A stretch of 63,939 bases of DNA, the filler included, from Octopus bimaculoides (taxonomy: Eukaryota): NCBI RefSeq assembly GCF_001194135.2. It is 8 parts of 7 records of this genome, joined end to end, with 100 filler letters (N's around TTAATTAATTAA, not from the genome) between each part and the next. Parts side by side here need not be neighbours in the genome. Positions count along the whole stretch, not along the records: positions 61,701 to 62,785 come from NC_068984.1; positions 62,886 to 63,939 come from NW_026364599.1; 6 more parts are not named here. One strand, given 5' to 3'. The position numbers and the translations under genes were made by a program. The notes below the pieces were generated by a model, which had not been told where the DNA came from, did not search any database, and was given only the letters and a program-made list of their open reading frames with translations. Of this stretch, positions 62,040 through 63,939 are shown in pieces (the stretch's first letter is position 1; each line of letters opens with the position of its first letter).

Positions 62040-62520
62040 TGCTAATTTACCACGAGTTACACTATGGTGCCGCTTATCATCAAAACGGTTAACTTGGTCA
62101 TTCTTTTCCTTTCGCAGTACTGTGTCTGGGTCCCATTTGCTTCAACTTGCTGCTACAATCTGCCATGCAAAGCATTCAACAGGACTCTGAAGACGTTGAG
62201 TTTTATTTCGAGTAAGACAAGACCCCTGAAACTATCATAGAAATCTAGGGCCAATATTGAAGAAATATTACCTAACAGGACGGAGAAGTTCAGTAGGATA
62301 CTCTCTCTCCACGTTCACCGGACATCGCACCAGTAAATATTTTTTTTATGAGGATACTTAAAAGACAAATTTTACCGTACAAAACTGGTAACCATCGATG
62401 AAATGAGGGGAGCCTCATTGAACCGGAACGTGTACAAATACCGAAGGAAATATTCCTTGATGCTTCTGATTACATTTCTTCGCGTCATCCGCGGTGACTG
62501 GAGCTTAAGGGTGATCAATG
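62040..62520 (+). pseudogene. Tc1/mariner-superfamily transposase C-terminal fossil
   Basis: FYFE*DKTP...PRSPDIAPVNIFL*GYLKDKFYRTKLVTIDEMR, cf. WPPRSPDL-P-DFFLWGYLK. Confidence 0.65.
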
Positions 62521-62751
62521 TGAAAACAGACGTTCATAAAAATATTAGTTTCTGTCTATATGTTATATTAAATTTTGAAAACAAAAGGTATTTTAAAAAC
62601 ACTGACAAATTCAAAGTACGTACACATCTTTTGGTGACACCCTTTACGTGTGTATATGTGTATGTGTGTGTGTGTATGCTTCTCTTATGAAATTTTTTTA
62701 CACACTGGCTTCTTGATAAAATTCTTGTAAAAAAGTTTTATCCCTTTTTGA

Positions 62752-62785
<34 letters not shown>

Positions 62786-62944
62786 NNNNNNNNNNNNNNN
62801 NNNNNNNNNNNNNNNNNNNNNNNNNNNNNTTAATTAATTAANNNNNNNNNNNNNNNNNNNNNNNNNNNNNNNNNNNNNNNNNNNNTATAAAAAGAAAGGC
62901 AGAGGGAATGAAAGAAACAAACAGTGCGAAGGATATGCTTTTCT

Positions 62945-63152
62945 ACTTTAGGTACAAGGCTCGAAACTTTTGAGGAGGGTGCCAGTAGATTAGATCGACC
63001 CTAGTACGCAACTGGTACTTAATTTATCGACCCAGAAAGGATGAAAGGCAAAGTCGACCTCGGCGGAATTTGAACTCAGAACATAAAAAAAGACAAAATA
63101 CTGCTAAGCATTTTCGCCCGGCGTGTTAACGTTTCTGCCAGCTCGCTGCCTT
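62945..63152 (-). mobile_element. SINE family B
   Basis: Near-consensus reverse complement of 56278-56440. Confidence 0.9.
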
Positions 63153-63278
63153 AGTGTGAAGGATATTGATAAAGAGAAAGAAAGAAATCTGCAAAGAATA
63201 AGTAGGAAGAAAAAGGAGGGCGAAGGTTGAATTTTATTCAAACTAGTTATGAGGTCATCATAATGATTAATGGAAAGA

Positions 63279-63342
63279 AAAATGGCGTTTTGGTTATACT
63301 TCCGGTTGAACAGCCAATGTCTGGTTTTGACACTGACACGTG
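63279..63342 (+). promoter_or_regulatory. Candidate promoter motif cluster
   Basis: AAAATGGCG (YY1-like) 63279-63287, ACTTCCGG (ETS) 63298-63305, AGCCAATG (NF-Y) 63312-63319 and CACGTG 63337-63342. Confidence 0.3.
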
Positions 63343-63799
63343 ATATTACATTTATGGAATCTTCGCCAATTTTGTATATTTAGTTTTGTCTTTTAGGAAT
63401 ATTTTAGAATGCAATTTTTCTCTTTCACTTTGAAAATAGCAGTTTGAATACAGCAAAAAATATTATCATTAACCAGATGTTTCCGAAGGTCTTCTCCTCA
63501 CGCTCTTATTTCCAAGGAAATAAGAAAAAAATATATGCAAAACAGTTGCTGGTAACGACACGTCTTTTACTAATGTTTAACATCCGAAAACGTGATTCCA
63601 CAATTCATTCTATATCAGACTTTTCCTTCTACTTTCTCCCCAGCAACATTACAACTACAAAAATTGCTGAGAGATAATCATCATACGATGTTATTTGTTT
63701 AAAATAATAATAATAATAATAATAAAAAAGATTGATATGAGAAGGGACTTTCGAAGAAATCAAAAACGGAGAGAAGGAAATGACGAAAGGACAGAATGG

Positions 63800-63876
<77 letters not shown>

Positions 63877-63939
63877 TTACTCGATATATATATGCTAGCC
63901 TTAAGAAGCTACGTCACGAGAGCTCGGAGACGGTGTTGT

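Noticed and set aside
11896-62841. TTAATTAATTAA repeated seven times (11896, 17020, 38979, 54463, 58812, 61645, 62830)
   Set aside because: Always centred in a block of about 100 bp of N (44 N each side where counted) and gives stops in all six frames: a scaffolding spacer, not biology.

Overview
Eukaryotic, AT-rich, repeat-saturated genomic DNA with many N gaps. It looks like intronic or intergenic sequence from a short-read cephalopod assembly; the SINE and microsatellite content resembles octopus, which is inference from recall and not a database match. I find no intact host protein-coding gene, no true tRNA or rRNA gene and no CRISPR array. The window is a graveyard of mobile elements. 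DNA transposons: a decayed DD34D mariner, a Tc1-like element with DD36E spacing and both TIRs, a mariner MITE, a hAT/Buster fossil and Helitron ends. Retroelements: R4/Dong-clade and HERO-clade restriction-like-endonuclease (RLE) LINE fragments, RTE LINE 3' ends, a Penelope GIY-YIG fragment and at least three tRNA-derived SINE families. Best observations: (1) a covarying stem-loop plus pseudoknot candidate shared by three divergent HERO 3'UTRs; (2) Dong/R4 fragments sitting in (TAA)n at their junctions; (3) an RTE inserted into the KHGGG codons of the Tc1, giving an in-frame chimeric ORF; (4) several unexplained inverted repeats, including a 126-bp perfect palindrome, a 37-bp hairpin and 40-bp perfect IRs; (5) two old tandem arrays not explained by known TEs. 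Coordinates of degenerate elements are approximate, within about 10-30 bp.
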